Source: Candidatus Micrarchaeota archaeon
GTDB taxonomy: Archaea > Micrarchaeota > Micrarchaeia > Norongarragalinales > Norongarragalinaceae
NCBI GenBank assembly: GCA_016207165.1
Contig: JACQQD010000008.1
Coordinates: forward strand, 96,001 to 160,000
DNA length: 64,000 nucleotides
Direction: 5' to 3'
The position numbers and the translations under genes were made by a program. This document shows, in pieces, positions 34,537 through 43,497 of this stretch. Under the pieces are notes generated by a model, which worked only from the letters and a program-made list of their open reading frames with translations, searched no databases and had not been told where the DNA came from. Position 1 is the first letter of the stretch; the number at the start of each line of letters is the position of its first letter.

Positions 34537-35529
34537 CTATTTCAATAGTTCGGCTTTCTTCAAGGCGTTGAGGTCTTTGGATCGCGTCAGAAACATTGTG
34601 GTTTTCAGTTCGTGCTTGTATTTCTGGATGGCTTGCCGCACGCCCGAAACGCCGGCGTGTTGTTGGGCTTTGATGAAGGGGGACGCGGCGCCAGCCAGGG
34701 TGGCGCCCAATCGGATGGCTTTGGCGGCTTCCAACCCGGAGCGAATGCCGCCGGAGGCAATTAATGGGACTTTGACGGCTTTGGCGCATTGGGCTAGGGC
34801 TGAAGCGGTGGGGATGCCAAAGTCCCAGAACACGTCTCCGCTTAATCCGTGGCGGTGGTGTTCCACGGCGGACCAGGACGTACCGCCGGTGCCGGACACG
34901 TCGATGGCTTTCACGCCGGCTTTTTGGAGTTCCTTGGCGATGGTGACGTTGATGCCGGCTCCGACTTCTTTGGCGATGACTGGCACCCGGAGGGCGTCAC
35001 AGGTGTCCGCGATTTTTGCGAGGATTCCGTTCCAGTTCTTGTCGCCTTCGGGTTGCACGGCTTCCTGCAAGGGATTCAGGTGGATGCAGAGCGCGTCGGC
35101 ATTAATGGCGTCCACGAGCCACTGGATTTGCTTGAGGGAGTATTGCTTGAGTTGGTAGGCTCCGATGTTGCCGCATAGGAAGAGGCCTTTCTGTTTGACG
35201 GCGTAGGTTTTGGAAAGCGTGGGGTCCTCCAGCATGGCGCGTTGGCTGCCGACGGCGAAAACGATGCCTTCTTGGGCGCAGGCTTGCGCGATTTCGGAAT
35301 TGATTTTTTGGGCGTCGGTATATCCTCCAGTCATGCCGGTGACCATGAATGGCGCTTTGAGGGCGTGGCCTAAAAACGTGGTTTCCAAGTTGACGGCGTG
35401 GAAGTCTTGTTCCGGCAAGGCATAGTAATTGAATCGGATGGCGTCAAAGCCGTTGCTTTGGTGGCCTTGGACGTCTTGGTTCAAGACGATGTCGACGTGT
35501 TCGCCTTTGCGTTTCTGGGTTTGCTTCAT
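34537..35529 (-). CDS. fni: type 2 isopentenyl-diphosphate isomerase
   Basis: RKGEHV, GMTGG, GSQRA, HLNPLQE, KEVGAG, GGTSW. Start reassigned to ATG 35529. Confidence 0.95.
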   Translation of the reverse strand: MKQTQKRKGEHVDIVLNQDVQGHQSNGFDAIRFNYYALPEQDFHAVNLETTFLGHALKAPFMVTGMTGGYTDAQKINSEIAQACAQEGIVFAVGSQRAMLEDPTLSKTYAVKQKGLFLCGNIGAYQLKQYSLKQIQWLVDAINADALCIHLNPLQEAVQPEGDKNWNGILAKIADTCDALRVPVIAKEVGAGINVTIAKELQKAGVKAIDVSGTGGTSWSAVEHHRHGLSGDVFWDFGIPTASALAQCAKAVKVPLIASGGIRSGLEAAKAIRLGATLAGAASPFIKAQQHAGVSGVRQAIQKYKHELKTTMFLTRSKDLNALKKAELLK

Positions 35530-35545
35530 ATGACGGTTTACTCCT

Positions 35546-36634
35546 TCAGGCTTTTTCAAGGCGTAGGCCGGCGTTGTCGATGGCCAAGTCAAATACGGCG
35601 AGGCCTTGTTCAAGTAAGTGGCTTTTGAGGTTCTCGGCTTTTTCGGTGGATAGGCACAAGGCGGCGATGGAGTCCAGGCCCCCGGCTCCGGGGCCTTTGG
35701 CGACGAAGGCGCCGTGTTTTGGGGCGCCTGAAAGGATTTTTTCAAGTGGCGGGGGTTGGATGGGGGCCCCGCTTTCTTCTCCGAGTTTTGTGGTGAGGCT
35801 CCATCCTTCGTTGAACCACTTCTTGAATTCGTTGAGGTTTTCCGGCGAGAAATCGGTTTGCAGTTCGTCGAGGTACCCCATGGCGTTGACGTTGGCTTCG
35901 TTTAAGCGTTTGACGAGGTCGTGGTATTGTTCGGCGTGCATTTTTTTCCAGGCGTTCACGGTTTTGACCATGGACGTCGTGGACGCGCTGTCTTTGGGGA
36001 AGGTGGCAAAAACGAGTTGGAACAGATCGGGTGTAGCCAACGGCCTAACCAGGTAGTCCCAGGTTTCATCCGCGTTTTTTGGGAAGGATTCCAGGGTTTC
36101 GGGGGTGAAGCGCTGGTATTCGCAGGAGCCGAAACACGCCGCCGCCACGTCGTAGCCTGACCCGATTTTGCCTTGGGCCTGCGCGTGCGCGGCTTGCGCC
36201 ACGTGGTGCGTGGTTTTGAGGTCGGAAATGTCGTGGAACGCCAGCAGCCCGTGGGTCATGGCGGCGGTGGCGGCGGCGGAAGAACCCAACCCGCTTTTTC
36301 CGGCGGTGACGTTGAAGGCCGCATCCGTTCGGGTGTTGAGGTGGAATGGTTTTGGCGTGATGCCTCTGCGTTCCAGGTATTGGAATGTTTTTTCGATGGC
36401 GGATTGAGCGAACTTGGTTTCCGGCGCGCCGCGTTCCAGTTCCAGTCGCCCGTTTTTCCACTGGGCGTGCGTGTCGACGTGGAATTGGGGGATTTGGATG
36501 CGGATGGTTTCCGCGGAACTGACTTCCGCGTGCACGCGGGCGGAAACGGTGGACAAGTAACTGGTGTTGCCTTTTTCCAGGACGCTGTAGCCGCCAAGCC
36601 AACCGATTTTTCCGGGGGCGGAAGCTGAAATCAT
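35546..36634 (-). CDS. phosphomevalonate kinase, ERG8-like GHMP kinase
   Basis: SAPGK..LGGY.VL, KSGLGSSAA, AHAQAQGKIGSGYDVAAA, PGAGG.D. Confidence 0.88.
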   Translation of the reverse strand: MISASAPGKIGWLGGYSVLEKGNTSYLSTVSARVHAEVSSAETIRIQIPQFHVDTHAQWKNGRLELERGAPETKFAQSAIEKTFQYLERRGITPKPFHLNTRTDAAFNVTAGKSGLGSSAAATAAMTHGLLAFHDISDLKTTHHVAQAAHAQAQGKIGSGYDVAAACFGSCEYQRFTPETLESFPKNADETWDYLVRPLATPDLFQLVFATFPKDSASTTSMVKTVNAWKKMHAEQYHDLVKRLNEANVNAMGYLDELQTDFSPENLNEFKKWFNEGWSLTTKLGEESGAPIQPPPLEKILSGAPKHGAFVAKGPGAGGLDSIAALCLSTEKAENLKSHLLEQGLAVFDLAIDNAGLRLEKA

Positions 36635-36651
36635 GTGGTTGGAACCTTGGT

Positions 36652-37716
36652 TCACGTAAAGACGATTCCTTTTGATTGGTTGAAGGCGTGGGGGATGACG
36701 TTTCCGGATTCATCGAGCAGGTGGCCGGTTTCAAGGCGTTTGGGGCCGTTTCCAACGCCGCAGACCAGCGTCTCGGTGACCCCTGGAATTTCTTCCAGCA
36801 TTTTTTGGACGGCTCCGGCTTGGTTTTTCGTGGTGTAGACGTGGGCGTTGGGTCCGGCGTCAAAGGTGTACGCCGCCTGGATGCCGTTGGCGTTAAACTC
36901 GTTCACGGCGTGCATGACGTCTTTGGAGTGGTCGTTGAGGTACAAAATCGGGGGCCACGTGTCAAGCATCACGGCGTGCATGTTGCTGGACTCGCGCATG
37001 GTTAATTCGCCGAAGGTTTCAAAGTCTTTGGCTAGAACGGCTTTTTTCATGTCGTGGATGAGTCCGGGCAAGTACGCCAGGCGGGCTTTGTAGAGCTGGC
37101 TTGTGGCCACAGTCTGTTTCATGCCGGCTCGTGACGAGACTTTCTTTTTGGTGGCGTCAACGACGGCAATGACGTTGCGGATTTCCGGCCAATGCGTTGC
37201 CGGAGCGACTTGTTCGGCAAACGAGTCCGAGCCGTCGGCTTTGACGCCTTTCTTCCATTCCACGAATCCTCCCAGAACGGAGCGGCAGGCGGATCCGGAG
37301 CCCAGGCGCGCGAGCATGGAGGTTTCCCGGGGATTTAGTTTTAGTCCGGCGGCCATGGACGCGGCGCAGGAAAGCGCGGCAAGTCCTGCGGCGCTGGAGG
37401 CAAAGCCGGCGGCGGTGGGGAAACAGTTCAACGACGCGATGTGGGCTTTGTCTTGGATTCCGGCTTTTCGGCGGATGACGTCTAAAAGCTGTAGGCGTTC
37501 CGCGGTTTCCTTGTCTGAAAGATCGATTTTTTGGCCGTTGAGCCAGAACGAGTCGGCCTTGAATTTTTTCGAGTAGACGACCGTGGTGCGGGTCTTGAGG
37601 GTCTCGTCCATGGTAAAGGAAAGCGATCCTTCGGTGGGCAGGATGAGTTTCTCGTCGCGTTTGCCCCAGTACTTGACCACGGCAATGTTGGGCGTGGCTT
37701 CAAAAGTGGCTCTCAT
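36652..37716 (-). CDS. mvaD: diphosphomevalonate decarboxylase
   Basis: NIAVVKYWGKRD, FPTAAGFASSAAG, GSGSACRS, YTFDAGPN. Start ATG 37716. Confidence 0.92.
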   Translation of the reverse strand: MRATFEATPNIAVVKYWGKRDEKLILPTEGSLSFTMDETLKTRTTVVYSKKFKADSFWLNGQKIDLSDKETAERLQLLDVIRRKAGIQDKAHIASLNCFPTAAGFASSAAGLAALSCAASMAAGLKLNPRETSMLARLGSGSACRSVLGGFVEWKKGVKADGSDSFAEQVAPATHWPEIRNVIAVVDATKKKVSSRAGMKQTVATSQLYKARLAYLPGLIHDMKKAVLAKDFETFGELTMRESSNMHAVMLDTWPPILYLNDHSKDVMHAVNEFNANGIQAAYTFDAGPNAHVYTTKNQAGAVQKMLEEIPGVTETLVCGVGNGPKRLETGHLLDESGNVIPHAFNQSKGIVFT

Positions 37717-38399
37717 GGCGTCTTCACGTAGGATAGGATGTCTTGCGGCTTTTTTAAGGTCGTCACGTCTTCGTCGGGAGTCGGCGGCAATCCGTAGCCC
37801 CACTCCGCAAAAAACAATCGGGCGCGGCCTTGCAGGCTTTTCAGGACGCGGGGCATGTCGTCGACGAACCACACGGTTTCTTCCTTGAGGCTTTCCACTT
37901 GCCGTTTTTTGAGTTCGTCGCTGGAGGCCGAGAAGCGGCTGGAGCCTACCACGCGGTCAAAGTAAGGGAACAATTGCTTGGCGGCGAGGTATTTTTTTAG
38001 GCTGGAGTCGTCGCGCGCCGAGACCACGGCCATGCGTGGGCCTTGGTTTTTGAGTTGTTTCAGGGTATCGATGATGCCGGGATAAACGGGGTTGTGGGGG
38101 AACTGTTTTTCCAGAAGCAAGTCGCGGTGCTTGTGGTAGAGTTCGCGAAGCTCCAGAACGCCGTTTTTTCGCTCCAGGCCGACGCGGTGGAGGTTTTCGC
38201 GGGTGTACGGAACGTGTTGTTGCCGGGCGAAGTACTGGATGAAGAAGTCGGTGGCTTGCACCGCGGTTTTTCGTTCGACTCGGAATTGTTTCAGGCTCAA
38301 GGGTTCAAGGCCGAATTCTTCCAGCGCCGCGTTGTAGCTGGCAAAGCATTCGTGGACGGTGTCCACCAAGACGCCGTCAAAATCCCAGGCTAAAAGCAT
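37713..38399 (-). CDS. HAD-superfamily hydrolase
   Basis: WDFDGVLVD, VVSAR, FVDD, WGYG. 4-bp overlap with mvaD. Confidence 0.85.
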   Translation of the reverse strand: MLLAWDFDGVLVDTVHECFASYNAALEEFGLEPLSLKQFRVERKTAVQATDFFIQYFARQQHVPYTRENLHRVGLERKNGVLELRELYHKHRDLLLEKQFPHNPVYPGIIDTLKQLKNQGPRMAVVSARDDSSLKKYLAAKQLFPYFDRVVGSSRFSASSDELKKRQVESLKEETVWFVDDMPRVLKSLQGRARLFFAEWGYGLPPTPDEDVTTLKKPQDILSYVKTP

Positions 38400-38466
38400 T
38401 TGCAAAAACCCTTAAACCTTTGCGTACAGTTTTCCGTAATTGGTTTGTGGGGGTTGGATTGTTTTT

Positions 38467-39486
38467 ATGGTTCTGGTTTCCGCGTCGGCGCCAAGCAAGG
38501 TTCATTTGGCGGGCGAGCACAGCGTGGTGTACGGGGGTTGGGCGTTGGTGGCGCCGGTGGAAGTGGGTGGCAAACGCAACGCCGTTTCCCTGGAGAAACG
38601 CGGTGGCGGGTTTTGGTTTGGAGGCGACTTGGGTGCTGCTTGGCTTGAAGGCGGGGCCAAGAAGGGCGACGAAGTCTATCACCCCTTGTTGGACGTGGCC
38701 TTGCATGTGGCCGGCAAAACAGGCCGTAGCCTGGACGGATTGAAAGCCACGCTTTCTTGGGCCGGCGCCCCAAGGGGCACGGCGAATTCCGCGTCGATTT
38801 CCGTGGCGTTGGCTTTGGCGTTGTTCAAGCACTTCGGGAAAAACCCAGGCCAATCCGAGTTGTACGACGCGGGGTTCGTGGGCGACAACGCGTACCACGG
38901 CGGAAAGAGTTCGGGCGGCGACGTGGCCGCCGTTGTTTCCGATAAGGCCAAGAAGTTCCGGCGCGTGTTCAAGGACGGTGCCGTGGTGCCGGAGTCGTTG
39001 GACGTGGAACTTCACATGCCTCGCGGTACGCAGTTGGTGCTGGCTTCCACCCAAAAAGAAGGCCAGGAACGCTCCTCTACGGCCGCGCTCATCGAACAGT
39101 TTGCCAAGGCGCATGGCGTGTCCAAGAAGCCGGCGGAAATGTCGGATGCCGAACGCCATGCGCTGTTTGACGCGTTTGATGTCGTGGTGGAGAAAATCGC
39201 TTCCTTGTGCGGGAGGGACGCGTCGCCGGAGGCGTTGGGAGCGGCGTTGGATGAAAACCATTCCTTGTTGGAAAGCGTGTCCACGCCCGCCATTGACCAA
39301 ACCCTTTCCGTGGCGAAGCAGGCGGGGGCGTTGGGTGGGAAACTCATTGGCGCCGGGGGCGCGGGTAGCGCGTTGATCGTCTTGGTGCCGGACGAGAAGC
39401 TGAAAACCGTCCAGTCGGCGGTGTCGGATCTTGGCTTTGAGTCGTGGCCCGTTGGCTTGGCGAAGCGCGGGCCGGCCTTGGATTAA
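38467..39486 (+). CDS. mvk: mevalonate kinase (divergent motif II)
   Basis: SAPSKVHLAGEHSVVYG, SSGGD, KLIGAGGAG; pathway context. Confidence 0.85.
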   Translation: MVLVSASAPSKVHLAGEHSVVYGGWALVAPVEVGGKRNAVSLEKRGGGFWFGGDLGAAWLEGGAKKGDEVYHPLLDVALHVAGKTGRSLDGLKATLSWAGAPRGTANSASISVALALALFKHFGKNPGQSELYDAGFVGDNAYHGGKSSGGDVAAVVSDKAKKFRRVFKDGAVVPESLDVELHMPRGTQLVLASTQKEGQERSSTAALIEQFAKAHGVSKKPAEMSDAERHALFDAFDVVVEKIASLCGRDASPEALGAALDENHSLLESVSTPAIDQTLSVAKQAGALGGKLIGAGGAGSALIVLVPDEKLKTVQSAVSDLGFESWPVGLAKRGPALD

Positions 39487-39502
39487 CTTTTTTTGGGTTG
39501 GC

Positions 39503-39901
39503 TTAGTGAACGCGTTGAATGCGTTCGACGTGGTCAAAGTCCGAGTCAAACGAGAGGATTTCTCGGAGGCCTCGTTTGTTGGTGGCATGGACGCTGAGGG
39601 CGTCGGAGAGGCTGAATCGGCCGTATTTCTTCATCAGTTTGCCGGCGGCTTCCAGGTCTTGGACGCTTACAGATTCAATGGCGATGTTTTTCGCGTTCAG
39701 AAATGCCTGCAGTCCTTCGTGGGCGGCTTGCGGCCCGTCCCGGCTGAAAAGATACGTTACGGCTTCTTCGATGACGTGCGTGGTGACGACGAGGCGTTCA
39801 TTGTCTTTGACGATGTCCTCGATGAGTTCTTTTGCTCGGTCATGATGGGCGTCGCTTTTCCGGAACAATGCGATGAAAAGCGATGCATCGGCGGTCTTCA
39901 T
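39503..39901 (-). CDS. vapC: VapC PIN-domain toxin
   Basis: DASLFIA...DAHH...VIEEA...SLSDA...SFDSDFD. Confidence 0.9.
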   Translation of the reverse strand: MKTADASLFIALFRKSDAHHDRAKELIEDIVKDNERLVVTTHVIEEAVTYLFSRDGPQAAHEGLQAFLNAKNIAIESVSVQDLEAAGKLMKKYGRFSLSDALSVHATNKRGLREILSFDSDFDHVERIQRVH

Positions 39902-40180
39902 TTAATCCCCGTAAAGCACCTGATGTAGATCTTCCGCGGCATTGGAGGGCGGCCCGCTCTTGACGATGCCTGCAAAGTCCCTCAAGGTTTTTTTCTTTCC
40001 AGCGGTCAACCCCTGGTTTTCAAGGGTGAACGCCAATGCCTCCCCCACGACTTCCGCGTCGGAGACCTTGGCTTCCCGCTGAAGAATCATTTTAGCCTTT
40101 AATTGATGCAGCTTGCGCATGACGGGCTCCGGCACGCGAAGTGAAACGAGGTGACCCAAGAGAAAACCACCACGAGTCAT
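39902..40180 (-). CDS. VapB-like antitoxin
   Basis: Small protein adjacent to and upstream of vapC; VSLRVPE N-terminus, LRDFAG tail. Confidence 0.7.
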   Translation of the reverse strand: MTRGGFLLGHLVSLRVPEPVMRKLHQLKAKMILQREAKVSDAEVVGEALAFTLENQGLTAGKKKTLRDFAGIVKSGPPSNAAEDLHQVLYGD

Positions 40181-40196
40181 ATATTTTTTATACTTT

Positions 40197-40457
40197 TTAT
40201 ACTTTTTGGTATTTTTGACGCGCCGTTTTCAGGTCGTATCGTTTGCCGAAACCCGGTACCCGAACGGCTTTGGTCTTTCGGATTTTTTCCAGTTTTTTTA
40301 GGTATTCCGGCCGGATTTCCCGTTCCATGAGGGTTTGCCCGTATTCGGCCACCACGTAATTGAGTGCTTCGTCTTTCCGCTTGAAGCCATGCAAGGCCTT
40401 GACGACGTTCAACACGCGATCTGTTTTTTCATCCAAATGGACGACGGCTTGTTTCAT
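40197..40457 (-). CDS. DUF2683-like orphan antitoxin
   Basis: RVLNVVKALHGFKRKDEALNYVV...EIRPEYLKKLEKI. Confidence 0.75.
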   Translation of the reverse strand: MKQAVVHLDEKTDRVLNVVKALHGFKRKDEALNYVVAEYGQTLMEREIRPEYLKKLEKIRKTKAVRVPGFGKRYDLKTARQKYQKV

Positions 40458-40492
40458 GTTATTTCACGTAATCTCATTTTATTTCATGTAAT
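40451..40492. promoter_or_regulatory. four 10-bp-phased repeats, putative operator
   Basis: gTTTCATgtt aTTTCACgta aTCTCATttt aTTTCATgta, overlapping the start codon. Confidence 0.55.
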
Positions 40493-40593
40493 AAAACGGT
40501 TTCGGTGGCTGGTGGATGGGGTGGTGGAACGGTTGTCGAAACGCGTTCCGCCGCTGGATAACGTTTATTTTAGCCAATGTCTTGAATGGTTTC

Positions 40594-40947
40594 ATGGACT
40601 GTGTCTTGTGTTCGGAGGTTCAGGCCGTCGTTGCTGCCGGCGACCATTACTGGGAGCCCCTGCCGGATTGCGTCAATGCGTTGGATGTTTTCGGGTATTT
40701 CGGCGATGACTTGGATTGCGTTTATCTTAAGAAGTGTCCGGCGTGCAAGACGTATTTCGCGGAGTACCACGCGGACCATTTTGAGTCCGGTGGCGCGGTA
40801 AGCCAACGCATTGAAAAAATCGATGCCGAGAAAGCCCTCGAAATCATCAAGAAAGTGATGACGAAGGTTGAGGGTGCAGAGTGGCTTAAGTCTAAGTATT
40901 CGTTGGCCAAGCTGCAAAAAGAATTGAGGAGTTTAGAGAAGTCGTAG
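40594..40947 (+). CDS. small Zn-finger-like hypothetical protein
   Basis: CVLC and CPAC motifs. ATG at 40594. Confidence 0.65.
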   Translation: MDCVLCSEVQAVVAAGDHYWEPLPDCVNALDVFGYFGDDLDCVYLKKCPACKTYFAEYHADHFESGGAVSQRIEKIDAEKALEIIKKVMTKVEGAEWLKSKYSLAKLQKELRSLEKS

Positions 40948-40964
40948 CACACGTCGTGGTGGGT

Positions 40965-42230
40965 TTAACCGTCCAAGAGTTCTTTGGCGCGCTTTACGTT
41001 GACGTTTTTCTCTTTGGCCATGATGGCGGCGATGCGGTCAATGTCGTCGCCGGTTGCCCCGGCTTGCACGGCAATGTTGGCGGCGTGCAACTTCATGTGA
41101 CCTTGCTGGATACCTGTCGTCGCCAAAGCGCGCATGGCCGCAAAGTTCTGCGCCAATCCAACGGATGCCAGGATTTCGCCGAGTTCTTTTGCGCTTGAAA
41201 CCCCCAGAATCTTGAGGTTGGTTTTGGCCATGGGGTGGGTGCGCGTCGCGCCGCCGACGACTCCAACGGCCATGGGCAACTCGATTTCTCCGGTCAAGTC
41301 GCCGTCCTTGGTTTTCCAGTATCGCGTGAGGGTAGTGTATTGGCCGGTTTTCATGGCGTACACGTGTCCGCCGGCTTCCATGGCGCGCCAGTCGTTGCCT
41401 GTCGCCAAAACGACGGCGTCCATGCCGTTGAAGATGCCTTTGTTGGCGGTGCAGGCGCGGTACGCGTCGTTGGCGGCGAAGGCGTAGGCGTCAAGCATCG
41501 CTTCCACGATGGCTTCTCCGTTGAAAGCGCCTTTGGTGCTTTCCGCAAGGGCTTCTTTCGTCCAAGTGGCATGCGCTTTGGCGGTGCGGTGCACGGCCAA
41601 ATTCGAGAGGATGCGGAGGCGGGCTTTGGCGCCGGTGATTTGCTCGATTTTGGGGCTGATGGCTTCGCACATGGTGTTCACGGCGTTGGCGCCCATGGCG
41701 TCCTGGACGTTGACCAGCAAATGCAAGATGAGCATGTCGCCGCGGCTGGTTTTAATCACCCGGCTTTCCAGGTCCACGGCTCCACCGCCGCGGGAGACCA
41801 TGACGGGGTCTTTTTCGTTGGCGGTTTCAAGCAATTCGCCCTTGTGTTTTTTGACGGCGGCTTGGGCTTTACGGAAATCCGGGACGTGCACCAACTGGAT
41901 TTGGCCGATCATGATGGGTTGCGTGGTGGATGCCGTGAATCCTTTTGGGAGGCACAATTTGGCGGCGTGGCTGGCGGCCGCCACTACCGAGGGCTCTTCG
42001 ACGACCATGGGGACGAGGCGTTCTTTGCCGTTGACTTTGAAGTGGTCGGCGATTCCCAACGGCAAAGGGTAGGCGCCCACCACGTTTTCGATCATGCGGT
42101 TGGCCGTGGATTCGTCCAATCCCCCAAACGTCTTGAGGCGCGCGAGGTCCTCGGCGTCCAATTTCGCCAGTGTGGCGACTTCCTCGGCGCGTTCTTGGGG
42201 TGACTTGTTCCTAAACTCTTTGGAGAGCAT
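40965..42230 (-). CDS. mvaA: HMG-CoA reductase, class II
   Basis: MIENVVG, EEPSVVAA, DAMGAN, RILSN, NKGIFNG, GIQQGHMKLH. Confidence 0.95.
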   Translation of the reverse strand: MLSKEFRNKSPQERAEEVATLAKLDAEDLARLKTFGGLDESTANRMIENVVGAYPLPLGIADHFKVNGKERLVPMVVEEPSVVAAASHAAKLCLPKGFTASTTQPIMIGQIQLVHVPDFRKAQAAVKKHKGELLETANEKDPVMVSRGGGAVDLESRVIKTSRGDMLILHLLVNVQDAMGANAVNTMCEAISPKIEQITGAKARLRILSNLAVHRTAKAHATWTKEALAESTKGAFNGEAIVEAMLDAYAFAANDAYRACTANKGIFNGMDAVVLATGNDWRAMEAGGHVYAMKTGQYTTLTRYWKTKDGDLTGEIELPMAVGVVGGATRTHPMAKTNLKILGVSSAKELGEILASVGLAQNFAAMRALATTGIQQGHMKLHAANIAVQAGATGDDIDRIAAIMAKEKNVNVKRAKELLDG

Positions 42231-42338
42231 GAAACCGTATTGGAGTCCTGGGGTTTCAAAAGGCTGCCGGGTGTTGGGCGATTGACGAAGGGTCTACGGG
42301 TTTTTATACGCGGATTGTCCAGAAAACGCTTGAACTGA

Positions 42339-42435
42339 ATTACAGTAAACCACGAATGTTTCCCGACAAAATAGTCGTGGTTTACTGTCTAGCAAACTCC
42401 GCCTATTCGTCGTGAAATTTGCGGGGTTTGCTATA
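42339..42435. repeat. structured repeat copy B (intact inverted hairpin doublet)
   Basis: Perfect 14-bp stem 42342-42355/42375-42388, then 13-bp stem 42390-42402/42421-42433 (one T-G pair). Ends ~20 nt before the HMG-CoA synthase ATG. Confidence 0.9.
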
Positions 42436-42454
42436 CTGGAAGGTTTATTGTTCA

Positions 42455-43492
42455 ATGGCAGGCATCATCGGCTACGGCGTCTCCATTCCGCGCTTCCGCA
42501 TCAAGACCGAGGAAATCGCGCGGGTGTGGGGCAAAAACGGGGCGCACATCACCTCGGGTTTGGGCGTCAAAGAGAAAGCCGTAGCCAGCATCGACGAGGA
42601 CTCCGCTACTCTGGCGGTGGAGGCCTCCCGGCGGGCCGTCCTTATGGCGGGCATTGACCCGCAGAAAATTGGCGCGGTGTACGTGGGCTCGGAATCCAAG
42701 CCGTATGCCGTCAAGCCCACGGCGTCCATTGTCGCGGATGCGTTGATGGCTGGACCGGACCTCATGGCCGCCGACTATGAATTTGCGTGCAAGGCGGGAA
42801 CGGCTGGAATGCAGAACTGCCTGGGTTTGGTGTTAAGTGGAATGGTGGACGTGGGACTGGCGGTAGGCGCCGACACCGCTCAGGGAAGGCCGGGGGATGC
42901 ATTGGAGTTTTCGGCGGCCTCCGGCGGCGCCGCGTTTTTGGTGGGGTCCAAAAACGTGATCGCGGAAATCAATTGCACGTACTCGTTCACCACGGACACG
43001 CCGGACTTTTGGCGGCGCCAACACGCCGAGTTTCCGCAGCACGCCGGAAGGTTTACCGGCGAGCCCGCGTATTTTCGTCACGTGGTTTCCGGGGCCAAGG
43101 GCGTGATGAAAAAGGCGAAGACGAAACCCGAGGACTACCAGCATGCCGTGTTTCACCAGCCCAACGGGAAATTCCCTGAACGCGCGGGCCACATGCTGGG
43201 CTTTTCCAAGGAACAACTCCAAACCGGCTTGGTCACGCCGTCCATTGGCAACACGTATTCCGGCGCGTCCTTGATTGGCTTGGCGGCGGTGTTGGATGAA
43301 GCCAAACCCGGCGACCGCATCTTGTGCGTGTCGTATGGTTCGGGGGCGGGAAGCGACGGGTTTGACATCACGGTAACGCCGGAAATCAAGAACAAAAAGC
43401 CGGTGGTGTCCGTCAAGCAGTTGGTGGCGGATAAGCAGTACATCGATTACGGGCTGTACGTCAAGCACCGGAGAAAACTCAAGAGTTTGTGA
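42455..43492 (+). CDS. hmgB: HMG-CoA synthase, archaeal type
   Basis: [43 protein letters not shown]. Confidence 0.95.
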   Translation: MAGIIGYGVSIPRFRIKTEEIARVWGKNGAHITSGLGVKEKAVASIDEDSATLAVEASRRAVLMAGIDPQKIGAVYVGSESKPYAVKPTASIVADALMAGPDLMAADYEFACKAGTAGMQNCLGLVLSGMVDVGLAVGADTAQGRPGDALEFSAASGGAAFLVGSKNVIAEINCTYSFTTDTPDFWRRQHAEFPQHAGRFTGEPAYFRHVVSGAKGVMKKAKTKPEDYQHAVFHQPNGKFPERAGHMLGFSKEQLQTGLVTPSIGNTYSGASLIGLAAVLDEAKPGDRILCVSYGSGAGSDGFDITVTPEIKNKKPVVSVKQLVADKQYIDYGLYVKHRRKLKSL

Positions 43493-43497
43493 GATTG

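Noticed and set aside
34537-37872. Extended N-termini of fni, PMK and mvaD in the ORF track (also 59751 for GT4 and 18788 for the antitoxin)
   Set aside because: The extensions overlap neighbouring genes. Family motifs begin at downstream ATGs, which were used instead.
42342-42433. Kissing-loop ribozyme or known riboswitch
   Set aside because: Loop-loop complementarity follows automatically from the element being an inverted doublet. No hammerhead or other core motif was recognised.
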